Notes: a model not told the origin generated them from the letters alone. A stretch of 64,000 nucleotides of DNA from Phyllobates terribilis (GCF_046119375.1 NW_027362772.1:281666001-281730000); one strand, 5' to 3'; shown: positions 1 through 13,145, counted from the stretch's first letter. A program made the numbers and translations.

Positions 1-360
1 TACTAATATTACCATAAGTGTCATTATACACGGGAGCTCTATACATGGTATGTATAACGTAAGTGTCCAGGTAATCTAGTGATCACCAGTGAAATTATAC
101 ACAGGAGCTCTGTATATAGTGTCAGTGTACAGGTAATACAGTGATCACCAGTGACATTATACACAGGAGCTCTGTATATAGTGTACAGGTAATACAGTGA
201 TCATCAGTGAAATTATACACAGGAGCTCTGTATATAGTGTCAGTGTACAGGTAATACAGGGATCACCAGTGACATTATACACAGGAGCTCTGTATATAGT
301 GTCAGTGTACAGGTAATACAGTGATCACCAGTGACATTATACACAGTGTACATGTAATAG
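1..360. repeat. Minisatellite, ~55-62 bp unit (gtcagtgtacaggtaatacagtgatcaccagtgacattatacacaggagctctgtatatagt), ~6 copies, runs off window start
   Basis: Unit directly visible, e.g. starts at 121, 239 and 301. Confidence 0.85.
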
Positions 361-859
361 ACTGACTCACCGGTGACGTCTCTAGGTGAAGTCCTTCATC
401 TTCGCTTTTCTCCTTCATCCAGCACAGACCGCCATCACGTCTTCCAGCCAGGACTCGTCTCTGCATAAAATAACACAGTTATCTAGAGCACATTCCCCAA
501 CTTCTACATTACGCAGCTGAATACAGACATGCATCCACCATCAATATATGGTTAGTTATTATGCAACCTACCATTCCAAATATAAATTGTAATCCACCAC
601 GGTGCCCCCATTAATTGTAAATAGGCACTTAATATATAATTTAATTAGAACCTCTACTCTTTCCGCCAATTTGTTACCAGTCACACTCCTGCATCCGCAA
701 CGCCCCCTACTCTATACTTCCTGCTCCCCGCATTCAATATTTACATGCACCCCCTGCCCCAATTCATTATATCATGTCCGTGCTCTCCCCACCCCATCAT
801 CATTTATCATTTACTCTCCCCCACCCCACATTCGTTATGTGCAGCTCATTATCCCCCTA

Positions 860-2386
860 CTCCCAATTCCCCCATGTGCAGCTCTCATCCCCCCCATGTG
901 CAGCTCTCATCCCCCCCATGTGCACATCTCTCACCCCCTCCCCCACATGTGCCCCTCTCTCATCCCCCTCCCCCACATGTGCCCCTCTCGTCCCCCTCCC
1001 CCACATGTGCCCCTCTCTCATCCCCCTCCCCCACATGTGCCCCTCTCTTATCCCCCTCCACCACATGTGCCCCTCTCTCATCCCCCTCCACCACATGTGT
1101 CCCTCTCTCATCCCCCTCCACCACATGTGCCCCTCTCTCATCCCCCTCCACCACATGTGCACCTCTCTCATTCCCCCCCCCCCACATGTGCATCTCCCAT
1201 CCCCCCCCCACACATGTGCATCTCCCATCTCCCCCCCCACCACATGTGCATCTCCCATCTCCCCCCCCACCACATGTGCATCTCCCATCCCCCTCCACAC
1301 ATGTGCATCTCCCATCTCCCCCCCCACCACATGTGCATCTCCCATCCCCCTCCACACATGTGCATCTCCCATCTCCCCCCCCACCACATGTGCATCTCCC
1401 ATCCCCCCCCCACACATGTGCATCTCCCATCTCCCCCCCACACATGTGCATCTCCCATCTCCCCCCCCACACACATGTGCATCTCCCATCTCCCCCCCCA
1501 CACATGTGCATCTCCCATCTCCCCCCACACACACATGTGCATCTCCCATCTCCCCCCCCCCACACATGTGCATCTCCCATCTCCCCCCCCACACATGTGC
1601 ATCTCCCATCTCCCCCACACACACATGTGCATCTCCCATCTCCCCCCACACACACATGTGCATCTCCCATCTCCCCCCCCACACACATGTGCATCTCCCA
1701 TCTCCCCCCCCACACACATGTGCATCTCCCATCTCCCCCCCCACACACATGTGCATCTCCCATCTCCCCCCCCACACACATGTGCATCTCCCATCTCCCC
1801 CCCCACACACATGTGCATCTCCCATCTCCCCCCCCACACACATGTGCATCTCCCATCTCCCCCCCCACACACATGTGCATCTCCCATCTCCCCCCCCCAC
1901 ACATGTGCATCTCCCATCTCCCCCCCCCACACATGTGCATCTCCCATCTCCCCCCCCCCACACATGTGCATCTCCCATCTCCCCCCACACACACATGTGC
2001 ATCTCCCATCTCCCCCCACACACACATGTGCATCTCCCATCTCCCCCCCCACACACATGTGCATCTCCCATCTCCCCCCCCCACACATGTGCATCTCCCA
2101 TCTCCCCCCCCCCACACACATGTGCATCTCCCATCTCCCCCCCCCACACACATGTGCATCTCCCATCTCCCCCCCCACACATGTGCATCTCCCATCTCCC
2201 CCCCCCCCACACATGTGCATCTCCCATCCCCCCCCACACACACACATGTGCATCTCCCATCCCCCCCCCACACACACACATGTGCATCTCCCATCTCCCC
2301 CCCACACACACACACACATGTGCATCTCCCATCCCCCCCCCCACACCCACACACACACACACACACACACATGTGCATCTCCCATC

Positions 2387-2418
<32 letters not shown>

Positions 2419-2440
2419 ACACACATGTTCATCTCCCATC
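860..2440. repeat. C-rich minisatellite, ~27-32 bp unit (cacatgtgcatctcccatctccccccc), about 50 copies
   Basis: Unit directly visible; explains all six long low-complexity ORFs at 602-2539. Confidence 0.95.
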
Positions 2441-2529
2441 TCTCCACTCCTAGTTAATTGTATTTTAAAAAAAATAAAACTTGTTATACTTACCCCCATG
2501 CGATCCCTGCAGAATCCTGGCGCTCGTCC

Positions 2530-2859
2530 AAATCGCTGACAGCAGGTTCTCCTGACTTCCGGCCATGCGACGGCGCGGTCACATGACCGGAAGTCAGGGG
2601 AATCATAAAGGCGCTGCCACAGCAGCGCAGCTCAGCGCTGAAATGTCCCGGACCCGGCGCATAGCATGGGGCCGGGGGCCCCATGAGGAGAGAGACGCAC
2701 AAGAGGGGGGCCCCCGAGGGGGCCCCTACCGGCCGGGCCCCATACTGGAGTCAGGGCAGTCATGCCCTGATGGCGGCCCTGCTGGAGGCTGGAGGGGCCC
2801 CCTCTCCCTCGGGGCCCCCGTTCAATGAACCGGCTGCACGGGCGGTAGTTCCGCCCCTG
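2530..2859. mobile_element. GC-rich end of a non-autonomous hAT-like element (terminus ...ggtagttccgcccctg)
   Basis: CAGGGG-type terminus in reverse; matching left terminus and TSD not found. Confidence 0.35.
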
Positions 2860-3699
2860 GCTGAACTCATGTAACGAGTGTAACAGAAGTCGGTGGGAAA
2901 CTCAAGCATTTTCCCAGAAGACCCTAACAGGAGTGCTGGGGTGGGGGGCAGAAAAATTGCTGAAATGGATGGAAACAGCGATCAAGTGGAATGGGAACAG
3001 TATGGGGAAGACGCCTGGAGGCATCTCTGACTCACAACTTTTACCGACTGCCAGTAAAACATACAAAACTGAAGATGAAAAATGGATTTTACAGGAAGAA
3101 ATGTTAGGAAACATTCTTTTCTGTATAATGACTTGTATATAAGGCAAAATTAAAAAAACAAAAAAACAAAAAAAGCCTCCTCCACCCCTTACTAACCGGG
3201 CAATCTCTTACCCTATTTCCCCGTCGCCTATGACTACAGTAGATGAAATATTAGAGGGGGAAATAAAATTACACCCACCGGTAGTCACCAGTAAATGTAA
3301 TTTTAACATTTTACTACCTTATCTGGCTATGTGGTGTGTGAGACATGGTCAGACACATCCTGTTTAATGTATAAAGGAGGGACTCTGAAATTCACAAAGC
3401 CTATGCGGACAATGCAAGAACTGCCAAAAATTTGAAGGAAGAAGTACTCCGATACACCCTGTATTACACAAAAAGTAGGGTCTCATACACATTCTGTTAA
3501 AATTGTTAGGTAGTGGGACTCCTAGACTCATAAAGCCTATGCACTAAGTGCAAGGGCTGCCAAAAATTAGAAGGAGAGACTGCAATGCACCCTGGAAGAC
3601 ATATAGAGGAGAGCCCTAGAAAACATTCAGGGCCTTCAGCACATCAGGGCTTGTCGCTGGGAGGGTCTAATGAAACTGTCCCAGACATTTCATAGTGTT

Positions 3700-6520
3700 C
3701 CCCTGCCTCTGTTGGACCTGGTGTGTGTCACCCTTGTCTCTCTTCCTTGGTTGCCCAAGTATCTATGACCTCTGCTGCCAGCATTGTCAGATGGGAATTT
3801 TTGACTAATTGTTAAATTAGGTCCTTTTGGTACTACACCATTTTACTAGCCCTCTCCGCCACTGTAAGGAGAGATGGAAAGTTCTCTTTATAGCGTGGGT
3901 CGAGAAGGGTGAACAACCAGTAATCAGTGCTGGTCAAAATGCGCATAACGCAAGGGTCATGGTGAAAAGCGGCAGAACATAAACTCAGCCATGTGTGCCA
4001 GTGTCACGCCAGGTGTGAGTGAAACACAGATGGGAAAGGGAAAGGAAGCCCAGACACTAGGGAAAGGGGGAAGGAGTGACCTCCTAATCTGGACTTGCGT
4101 CACCCTGTCTCCCCCTAACGTCCCTATACAGCCTCCGCAGCTGTCGCCGATCACATGCCTCACCCTACTATCCCTGGAGTAAGGCTAAAGCTGGAAGTGG
4201 AAGGAGATGAACACAAGTCAACCTCCACTAGCACTCTAAAGACAAACGGGGAAGACAACACAGGGAAATAATAACTTAGCTTTAGAAGAAACTCCAACAG
4301 GTCACACGGCCTCAAGACTCCAGAGAAGACGTGATGCTACTTCAGCCAAGTTCTAAGTAGGAATGAATATAACCGGCGATGCCCACCAAGACACACCAGG
4401 TATATATACACCCAGACTAAAGGGAGGTAGTTGCTGGGTCCTAAACACAGCCTCCTATCTAGGCAGCTGTCTGCATTGCAAAACGTGGAGATCTCCTGCA
4501 GATCACAGCAGGGCGACTGTCTGTCACCTCTGACACACCCGTGACAGCCAGACTGCCAACATCCAAGACTTCCCTGTCCCCACCAAGAAGACAACTGTCC
4601 ATCTTCTCCTCCTTCTCTTCAGCCCATCCACACTGAAAAAACGGGATAATGTTGGTCTGGGTAGTATCCTCTGTAGCACAGGCAACCATCCCCTGTTCCT
4701 CCTCCTCCTCATCCTCCTCCTGCTCCTTATCACCCAATCTGCACTGAGAAGATGAGATGAGGCTGGGCTGGGTAGTATAAACTTGTGTACTTTTTTCCTC
4801 CATCTCCACCTGGTCCACATGCAAAGCTTCCTCTTTAATTGTAAGCAGCAAACGTTTGAGTAGACAGTGAAATGTGATGGTTACGCTGATTATGGCATCA
4901 TCGCCGCTCACCATCTTCGTCGATTCCTCAAAATTTTGTAGAACCACAAAGATGTCAGACATCCATGCCCACTCGTCGGTTGTCATGTGCAAAGGCTGAG
5001 CAGAATACCGGCGGATATGTTGTAGCTGGTATTCAACTACTGCCCTATGCTGCGTACAAATCCTTGCCAATATGTGTAATGTGGAGTTCCAGAGCATGGT
5101 CACATCGCACATCAGTCGGTGAGCTGGCACAAGCAAGCACTGCTGCAGTACTGCCAGAATGGCTGCAGCTTTACCTGACTTACGGAAATTGGCACACACG
5201 TGGCGTACCTTCACAAGTAGCTCAGGTAAATCTGGATTGGTTTTCAGAAACTGCTGAACCACTAAGTTGAGCACGTGGGCCTGGCATGGAACGTGTGCGA
5301 TGTTCCAAGCTTCACAGCTGCCACCAGGTTACAGCAATTATCACACATGACCATGCCTAGCTGTAGGTTCAGGGGTGAGAGCCACAGATCTGCCTGCTCT
5401 GTTACAGCTTTACACAATTCTGCAGCGGTGTGCAGTTTGTCAACTAAACAAATTAGTTATAGCAGAGCCTGTTGCTGCTTCACCGAGGCAGTGCTGCAGT
5501 GCTGCCAGCTTGCGACTGATATGGATGAAGTGCTCCGAGATGACAATTTGGAGATGTAGGATGAGGAGGAGGAGGGGGTGCAGAAACTGGTGTAGGAGAT
5601 GGAGAAAACCCTGATGGAACTAGGGCCATCAATCATTGGCGTCGGTAGCATGTTTGCCGTCCCAAGGTCTGACTCAGTCTCAGCTTGCACAAGGTTCACC
5701 CAGTGTGCCATCGGGGAAATAAATTCTTCCTGGCCACAAGCACTTGTCCATGTGTCGGTCATTAAGTGGACCTTCCAAGTACCTGCATTGGTCAGGGCAC
5801 GGGTGATGTTATGGGACACGTGCTAGCGTTAGGTGGGGACAGCACACCGGAAAAATAGTGTTGGCTGTGGACCAAGTGCAGAGGGACGGCCGCCACCATG
5901 AGGTTGCAGAAAGCTTCAGTGTCCACAAGCCTAAACAGCAACATTTCCAGGGCAAGCAGTCTGGAAATGTGGCCATTTAGTCTTTGGGCCTGTGGGTGGC
6001 TGGCTGGGCATTTGCATTCCAAGGACTGGGGTAAGAATAGCTGAATGCTGCTCTGGGACAAAGAATTGGACATGGTTGCTGGTGGTGCTTGCGAATGGGC
6101 AGCAACAGGTGCAGGGCAGGAGGCATCTGCGCCTGCATCCTAGACAGGGGATTGGCAAGCAAGTAGCACAGAGGAAGAGGCAGTTGTGTCACCCGCAGAC
6201 ACTGATTGTGGACCCAGGCATTCTGCCCACTTTTCGGGTGCTTTGATGACATGTGCATGAGCATGCTGCTGGTGGTCAGGCTGGTGGTGGTCTGGCCCCA
6301 CTCTTGGTATGGCACAGGTTGCAAATGACCATTCTTTTATTGTCCGCATTTTCTTTAAAAAAGCACCTCACTGTGGAACACCTAACCCTTGGCCTGGGAA
6401 CATCAAGCGTGTGGATGCTCAGGTGAACAGTTGCCCGCCTTCACCCTCTGACCACCCCACTGCCTCTTCCTGCCTGTTGTGGGACAGCAGATACCTCCCC
6501 GTCAGCACTGCTGTCCTCGA
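3700..6520 (-). pseudogene. hAT (ZBED-like) transposase pseudogene, frameshifted and split by a solo LTR
   Basis: Across frames: BED-like RCFFKENADNKRMVICNLCH (~6370-6305), MTDTWTS, MCDN, PCQAHVLNLVVQ (CxxH), LWNST (RWNS-like), LLDPRYK (~3900); C-terminal SERxFS dimerisation motif not seen. Confidence 0.8.
4002..4546. mobile_element. Solo LTR (545 bp) inserted in the hAT transposase
   Basis: TGTCAC...GTGACA ends; 5-bp TSD GCCAG at 3997-4001 and 4547-4551; removing it rejoins the transposase frame (VGSLA|HMAEFMF). Confidence 0.85.
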
Positions 6521-6866
6521 TCTGCAAGGCATCAAGCAGAGGTGAGCACACTCGCTCATCACTAATTGTGCTCCATGTGTCACTGTAGGACCAAGGTAGA
6601 ACCCTCATCCATTGTGTGAAGACATCACACTGTATGGGAATGTATGTGCTGTATATGTGCTACACAGCAAGTATGTATGTGCAGCACAGTGTGTATATAT
6701 ATATATATATATATATATGTAATTATGGGTATATACTATATATGTGTGTCACAGTGTATATATATAAGTATGGGTATATACTATGTATGTGGACAGGTTT
6801 TTACTTTTCTACATGAAGTTTTCGGGATGTTTCTTTGTCCCTCTGCTTCTGGATACAGGCATTATA

Positions 6867-8557
6867 CAACCCCTGGCAAAAATTATGGAATCACCGGGCT
6901 CGGAGGATGTTCATTCAGTTGTTTAATGTTGTTGAAAAAAAGCAGATCACAAACATGGCACAAAACTAAAGTAATTTCAAATGGCAACTTTAGGGCTTTA
7001 AGAAACACTAAAAGAAATCAAGATAAGAAATGTGGTACTCAGTAAGGGTGATTTTTTTCAGACCAAGCAGAGGGAAAAAATTATGGAATCACTCAATTCT
7101 GAGGAAAAAAATATGGAATCATGAAAAACAAACACACAAAAGAACACTCCAATACATCATTAGTATTTCGTTGCACCACCTCTGGCTTTAATAACAGCTT
7201 GCAGTCTCTGAGGCATGGACTTAATGAGTGACAAACAGTACTCTTCATCAATCTAGCTCCAACTTTCTCTGATTTATGTTGCCAGATCAGCTTTGCAGGT
7301 TGGAGCCTTGTCATGGACCATTTTCTTCAACTTCCACCAAAGATTTTCAATTGGATTGAGATCCTGACTATTTGCAGGCCATGACATTGACCTTATGTGT
7401 CTTCTTTCAAGGAATGTTTTCACAGTTTTTGCTCTATGGCAGGATGCATTATCATCTTGAAAAATTATGTCATCATCCCCAAACATCCTTTCAATTGATG
7501 GGATAAGAAAACTGTCCAAAATATCAATGTAAACTTGGGCATTTATTGAAGATGTAATGACAGCCATCTCCCCAGTGCCTTTACCTGACATGCAGCCCCA
7601 TGTCATCAATGACTGTGGAAATTTGCATGTTCTCTTCATGCAGTCATTGGAATCTCATTGGAATGGCACCAAACAAAAGTTCCAGCATCATCACCTTGCC
7701 CAATGCAGATTCGCGATTCATCACTGAATATGACTTTCATCCAGTCATCCACAGTCCACGATTGCTTTTCCTTAGCCCATTGTAACCTTGTTTTTTTCTG
7801 TTTAGGTGTTAATGATGGCTTTTGTTTAGCTTTTCTGCATGTAAATCCCATTTCCTTTAGGCGGTTTCTTACAGTTCGGTCATAGACATTGACTCCAGTT
7901 TCCTCCCATTCGTTCCTCATTTGTTTTGTTGTGCATTTCCTGTTTTGGAGACATATTGCTTTAAGTTTCCGGTCTTGACGCTTTGATGTCTTCCTTGGTC
8001 TACCAGTATGTTTGACTTTAACAACCTTCCCATGTTGTTTGCATTTGGTCCAGATTTTAGACCCAGCTGACTGTGAACAACCAACATCTTTTGCAACATT
8101 GCGTGATGATTTACCTTCTTTTAAGAGTTTGATAATCCTCTCCTTAGTTTCAATTGACATCTCTCGTGTTGGTGCCATGATTCATGTCAGTCCACTTGGT
8201 GCAATAGCTCTCCAATGTGTGATCACTCCTTTTTAGATGCAGACTAACGAGCAGATCTAATGTGATGCAGGTGTTAGTTTTGGAAATGAAAATTTACAGG
8301 GTGATTCCATAATTTTTTTCTCAGAATTGAGTGATTCCATAATTTTTTCCCTCTGCTTGGTCGGAAAAAAATTACCCTTACTGAGTTCCACATTTTTAAT
8401 CTTGATTTCTTTTAGTGTTTCTTAAAGCCCTAAAGTTGCCATTTTGAAATGTCTTTAGTTTTGTGCCATGTCTGTGATCTGCTTTTTTTCAACAACATTA
8501 AACAACTGAATGAACATCCTCCGAGCCCGGTGATTCCATAATTTTTGCCACGGGTTG
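6867..8557 (-). mobile_element. Full-length Tc1 element (DD34E), ~250-bp IR/DR-type TIRs
   Basis: TA TSD at 6865-6866 and 8558-8559; CAACCCCTGGCAAAAATTATGGAATCACC termini; three ATGGAATCA direct repeats per TIR. Confidence 0.95.
7160..8178 (-). pseudogene. Tc1 transposase (DD34E) with a frameshift near 7640 and stops near 7274
   Basis: ORFs 7636-8178 and 7274-7639: GRPRK, FSDES, QDDNASCH..34 aa..NPIENLW. Confidence 0.92.
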
Positions 8558-9714
8558 TAGATAAGTAGACTTTCAGTTCAGGGCAGATATATAGTAATGG
8601 AAAGTTACAGGTCCTATAGTGCTGACAGAATGGTGGTGAAATAATCCACACACTGTAAGAGAGGGGATGTCAAACTACAGAGCATGAGACTGGGGACCGT
8701 TTCTTCATTACATTGATATATGCACCAAAATCATTTTTCTAACTTGTTGTAGGAGACCGTGCATACTTTTAGGAAACCATTTGTATCGGTTTGCTCCATT
8801 CTAAAATAAAGACATCCTTCACCTTTTTGTGGTCTGTGTTACTATGTCCAGACTCTAGGGGGCAGACATGTATAATGTATAACCGGTCACTACTACACAT
8901 CTGATTCCATTTATGCTGCAAAATATTGTCCTGGTGATGACGACGGGTAATGATGCAAATCATGTAAATGACAAGTTAATAAACGCAAATGTTTATTGTA
9001 AAAGATAAACAAACGCATTGCTGGATATTCCGCAGACTGTGAAATACTGAAATTAATCATGTATGTCATTGCTTTATAGGTTTATATAGAAGGATTGAAA
9101 ATGTATTTTATTAACACATTTATTAAACTGTCAGCAATTCTAAGTTAAAAAGCAACGTCCTAAGTGAGGCCAGCTATAAACTGCTTACACTGGGATCACC
9201 CTTGCAAGTTTTTACTGCTTTATTAAAAAAAAAGTGCTATTTTTCCCATTAAAGTGTCGATGACCTGAAAAATTAAACCAAAGGTGAAAAAGGATTTTTT
9301 TAATTACCCTTGTTCTTGCGTGGCGAGCTGACATTTTTATTGATACAAATTTGCGGCACATGCGATGTTTTGATAGTTTTTTATTGTATTTTCTTTAAGG
9401 AGTTGAGGCGAACCCCGCCCCAAAAAATTTAATTCTGAAGTTTCCCTTTATTTTTTTCCTCTTTACGGTATTTACGCGCAGTCAGAGGAGAGTCTGAAAG
9501 TGGCATGCACCTCTATGAGCCTTACCATAAATCTTACTCCAGTCAGGGACTAGAGTAAGATTTCTGGCATAAGACATGACTCCATCGTTTTGGCAGAACT
9601 GGCTTAAACTTTCTTGAAAGCACCAAAAGTAGCAAAATTTTTGTGTAACTTTGAGTTGCACAAAAATTTTGCAACTTATCAAAGTGCTTTAAACCAGAAT
9701 TTTGGTGAAAACAC

Positions 9715-10118
9715 TGTAGCAAAGTCAGGTAGGTTAGGGTTAAGTCCTAGAACTGCGGGTCTTGATTAGATGCACCTGACTTGCTTTGACTAAGAACCAG
9801 GGTTTGTGGTCACTAGGTGTGTCAGTCATATGGATAGAGCAGAGTCGAGGGTGCTGAAGCTGGTGAGTGTCCAACCAAAATGTGAGCTGTAGCTGGAAGA
9901 GAGGCATGCCAGAGTCTATTTCTGAATGGAAACTGCATGGGTCCGCTAGGAAAGCTGAGCAGTCTGTGTGTTGAAGCTGCAGAGAACTATGTGGAAGTTA
10001 AACACTTCTGTTTAGCACTGGAAGTTTCTACAGCTCGGGCTGAAGGGGATAGTGAGACTTGTAGGATCGTGCCTCTTCTACGTATAAAGTTTGCTCTGGC
10101 AGAATGGGCTGTAATCTG
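9715..10118. mobile_element. Probable truncated LTR fragment
   Basis: Starts TGTAGC with LTR-like composition; no matching CA end or TSD found. Confidence 0.3.
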
Positions 10119-10121
10119 TTA

Positions 10122-10276
10122 GGGTGAGTCCGCACTGTCATATATGTGCCTGCTGAAAACTGTTTATTCGCTGTGATACCTTTGTACCCATAAAAAGGCT
10201 GTTTTTGTTTTTTGAATTCCTTGCAATAAAACTGCTCATGTTTGGACCAAACCACATTGCCTGTGTGAACACTACC
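10122..10276. mobile_element. PIF/Harbinger-type MITE
   Basis: GG-terminated imperfect TIRs flanked by TTA/TAA. Confidence 0.5.
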
Positions 10277-11526
10277 TAATGCCTGTTTGAGAATATGAAT
10301 CCCAACAAAATAATTTTTATTTTTGCATAAATTGTGCAAATTTATTCAGTTTTACATAGGAGCCCTGTGAGCCGCCTCCTACCTGTCGACATCCGCGGCT
10401 TCTCTTATCATTACACAACATAGCGTTACGTCGTGTTCGCTGGATCAATAATGTTGCTGGAAAAGCAATAATAATTCCACAACTTTATTTTTTCAAAATT
10501 TGTCCCACACACTTTTGAAAGTACAAAAATCGCTTGAAGTGCACCTATACTTTCACATAACACTTATAAAGAAGCATGGTCTTCCTTGCCCTTATCCCCT
10601 GCAACTACTTTGGTTCACATACCAGTATAATATGTCCAGGAACTGTCCTGAATCTCCTGCTCTGTGATTTGCCACACTCTCTTTTTGAGTGGGCAGTTAC
10701 TCTTCATTAGCATTCTGCCAGAGCTATAAGTGTTGGAACTGCCTTCCCCACTTTCCCAGCATAGATTGCTTCTTCTATTGTCCAATGGATTTCCTGACCC
10801 ATACAGAAAACCTGCCTCTATGTTAGTCCTGTGTGTAGGAGCAGAAAGATAATGACAACCCCACTTCCTGTGGAGACAAAAAGACCTGCCCCCCACTTCC
10901 TTTAATAAGTCTTGGTGTCTTGGCTGCTAGAGATGGACTATTGTTGACAACAGGCAGCTTGACTAGGGTTTCGCCATCAGCAGCTCCTTCTGGGGCTCTA
11001 TGGTATTTTGGTGGAGGAGGATTTGGCTTTCCTTAAATCATACATTGCTGAATCAGTAAAGCACAACATGAACTGTACATTTTGAGCATCATTTAGATGA
11101 ATGGAGCCGATTTGCATGCTTTGGCGCTGTCCTCCAAGCATTCTTGCTGGCTTAAAGGGGTTGTCCAGGAAATATAAATTGATGATCTATCCTTAGAAGA
11201 GGTCACCACTTTCAGGTTGGTGGGGATCTGATATCCGGCACCATCACTGATCAGCTCGAGTGATAGCCGGATGTTCACAGTGCGCAAAGCCGAGACAGCA
11301 CAGCTCCATACACTGTGGAGTGGCCATTCTGGGGTACTGCAGCTCCTATTGCTGATTAAAATGGTGGTCATACACCTTAGATAACTGTCAACCAAACAGC
11401 TTTGACCTACCAACTTGCCCCCCATACATATGCAAGTTTGTATGCAACCTGCCACCCCATAAAAGTTAGATCCTGATCTTACAATAGGTTAAGCCTACGT
11501 TTATCTAATGTGTATAGGTACCTTAA

Positions 11527-11904
11527 AGGAGGTGTCTATCCAGGCTTAGAGTTCAAGTCTGCAGTCAACCAATCTGACTACAGACTTGTGAATCCTCACA
11601 GCTAGCACTCCATGCGCTGTCAGGATTCTCCGGTGGTGGCACCGGGAGTGGGTGGCCATGTGACTGCAAGTATGCGATTTGCATATTTCTGGCCACATTC
11701 TGACTAGACTTGCTCAATTCAATTGTATTAGCTGAGGCCGCACAAGTCTAGTTGGCACGTGACTGAATACTAGAGTTCACGTGCCCCACCCACTTTCGGA
11801 CCCAGAGAAACCTGACAGTGCGTTGTGTGTGTGCTGTGAGGATTCACAAGTCTGCAGTCACACAGAGTGTCCGCAGAATTGAACCCCAAGCCTGGACTTC
11901 CCCT
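11527..11904. mobile_element. T2/Kolobok-type MITE with long inverted arms
   Basis: TTAA flanks, AGG...CCT termini, ctgtgaggattcacaagtctg present in both orientations. Confidence 0.7.
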
Positions 11905-12350
11905 TTAAAGATTTGTTCAGATCAGTAAAATAGCATTGATGTGACCCACATCTAGTATACTCATGGCATATCCTGTGGATATGCCATTTACAGTACGTAT
12001 GGGAGGGGGAACACCCTTTTAACAATTATCCTTAATGTATGTATAATTCAGCAATTAATCCCTTTAAGTATCTTAGAGGTTATTTAGGATTTCCGAGACC
12101 GTGGAGAAGTGAGAGGGAACTTTCTTTTTCTGCTCCTGTTCTCCTGTCTGTCAAACTGCATACGGGTGTAGACAGGAGAGCAAGCTATTGGACAATGGCA
12201 AATGAAATCCATGCTGTGAAATGAAAGTTCCATCTCCTATAGTGCTGGCAGAATGCTCATTTAGAGAAAGAATGAATGGCATGCTATGGAGCATGAGAAT
12301 TAGGACATATTAGGCTGGTATATGCACCAAAAGTAGTTTTTGCTTGTTTT

Positions 12351-12595
12351 GGGGCACAAAGTCAGGAAGACCAGGCTTTTCTACATATTTTCTTTGATTG
12401 AACAGTTGCACTTTATACGGTTACACTATTCCAGAATTGTACCATTCTGTTTACTTGTGGCTTTTCATTGCTTGTAAACTCTATTGAGTTCATCAAGTTT
12501 CCTGCGTTACCTTGAAATCAGAGAAGCGTCAGGGACTCCGCGCTGTAACACAAGCTGCGATACAACAGCCAGAGGACATCTGCTCTCATATAAAT
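12351..12595 (+). promoter_or_regulatory. Putative apoa4-like promoter: TATA box (TATAAAT 12589-12595), FoxA-type TGTTTAC (12448-12454), partial HNF4-like ggggcacaaagtca (12351-12364)
   Basis: Motif matches; TATA lies ~55 nt upstream of a strong donor CAG|GTAAGG; TF assignments are inference. Confidence 0.5.
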
Positions 12596-12619
12596 ATCAG
12601 CTTACAGGACCAACACCAA

Positions 12620-12648
12620 ATCCGGACCAGAAGACAAGCACTGACCAG
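12620..12648 (+). other. apoa4: Probable non-coding exon 1 of apoa4-like (5' end estimated from TATA)
   Basis: Donor CAG|GTAAGG at 12649; the next exon begins with an acceptor 13 nt before the ATG. Confidence 0.55.
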
Positions 12649-12850
12649 GTAAGGGGTGCACTCTTTTCTTTGGGTGTCAGGGGTGCGGGAAAAACTAAGG
12701 TGATACTGGACCTACAGACTTGGCTAAAAATGATAAATTGGCACCAGATTCCTCTGCTATTCCTCAAGTTTCCACCAGCTCCTGATCATTGATAAAATAA
12801 TTTTTACCCTTTTTGTATGCCATTGATAATATATGGCTCTGATCCCTTAA

Positions 12851-13145
12851 AGGGGTTGTCCATTACTTTCATATTTATGAACTATCCTTGGAAAAGGACA
12901 TGATGGAGGTCCAGCACTGATCATCTGGTACCTGTAGCTGCATTTCTGTACACTGCTCTCAGCTACTGCCGCTCAGCTGCCATTCACTTGAATAGTAGCT
13001 GATCTGCAGGACCTGGGATTGGTGACTAAACAGGGCACAGAGTTGTGCGGTTCCTGCTCCGTACACTGCTTACACACTGCTGTCTGTAGGGCGCATAACA
13101 GCTAATTAGTGTGGGGGGGGGGGCTGTTAGAAGTGGACTACCCCT
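12851..13145. mobile_element. T2-family MITE
   Basis: TTAA TSD at 12847-12850 and 13146-13149; AGGGGTTGTCCA / TGGACTACCCCT TIRs. Confidence 0.8.

Larger units (their letters stand above)
2873..6564 (-). mobile_element. Decayed hAT DNA transposon with BED-finger transposase remnant
   Basis: Terminus ctcgctcatcacta ends at 6564; transposase motifs on minus strand; other end truncated near 2873. Confidence 0.75.

Noticed and set aside
602-2539. Six long ORFs (443-645 aa) rich in Pro/His or Gly/Cys
   Set aside because: Stop-free by-product of the minisatellite in all frames; no splice or start context
8852-8865. Second CTCF-like motif actctagggggcag
   Set aside because: Two mismatches in the 5' core; too weak without binding data
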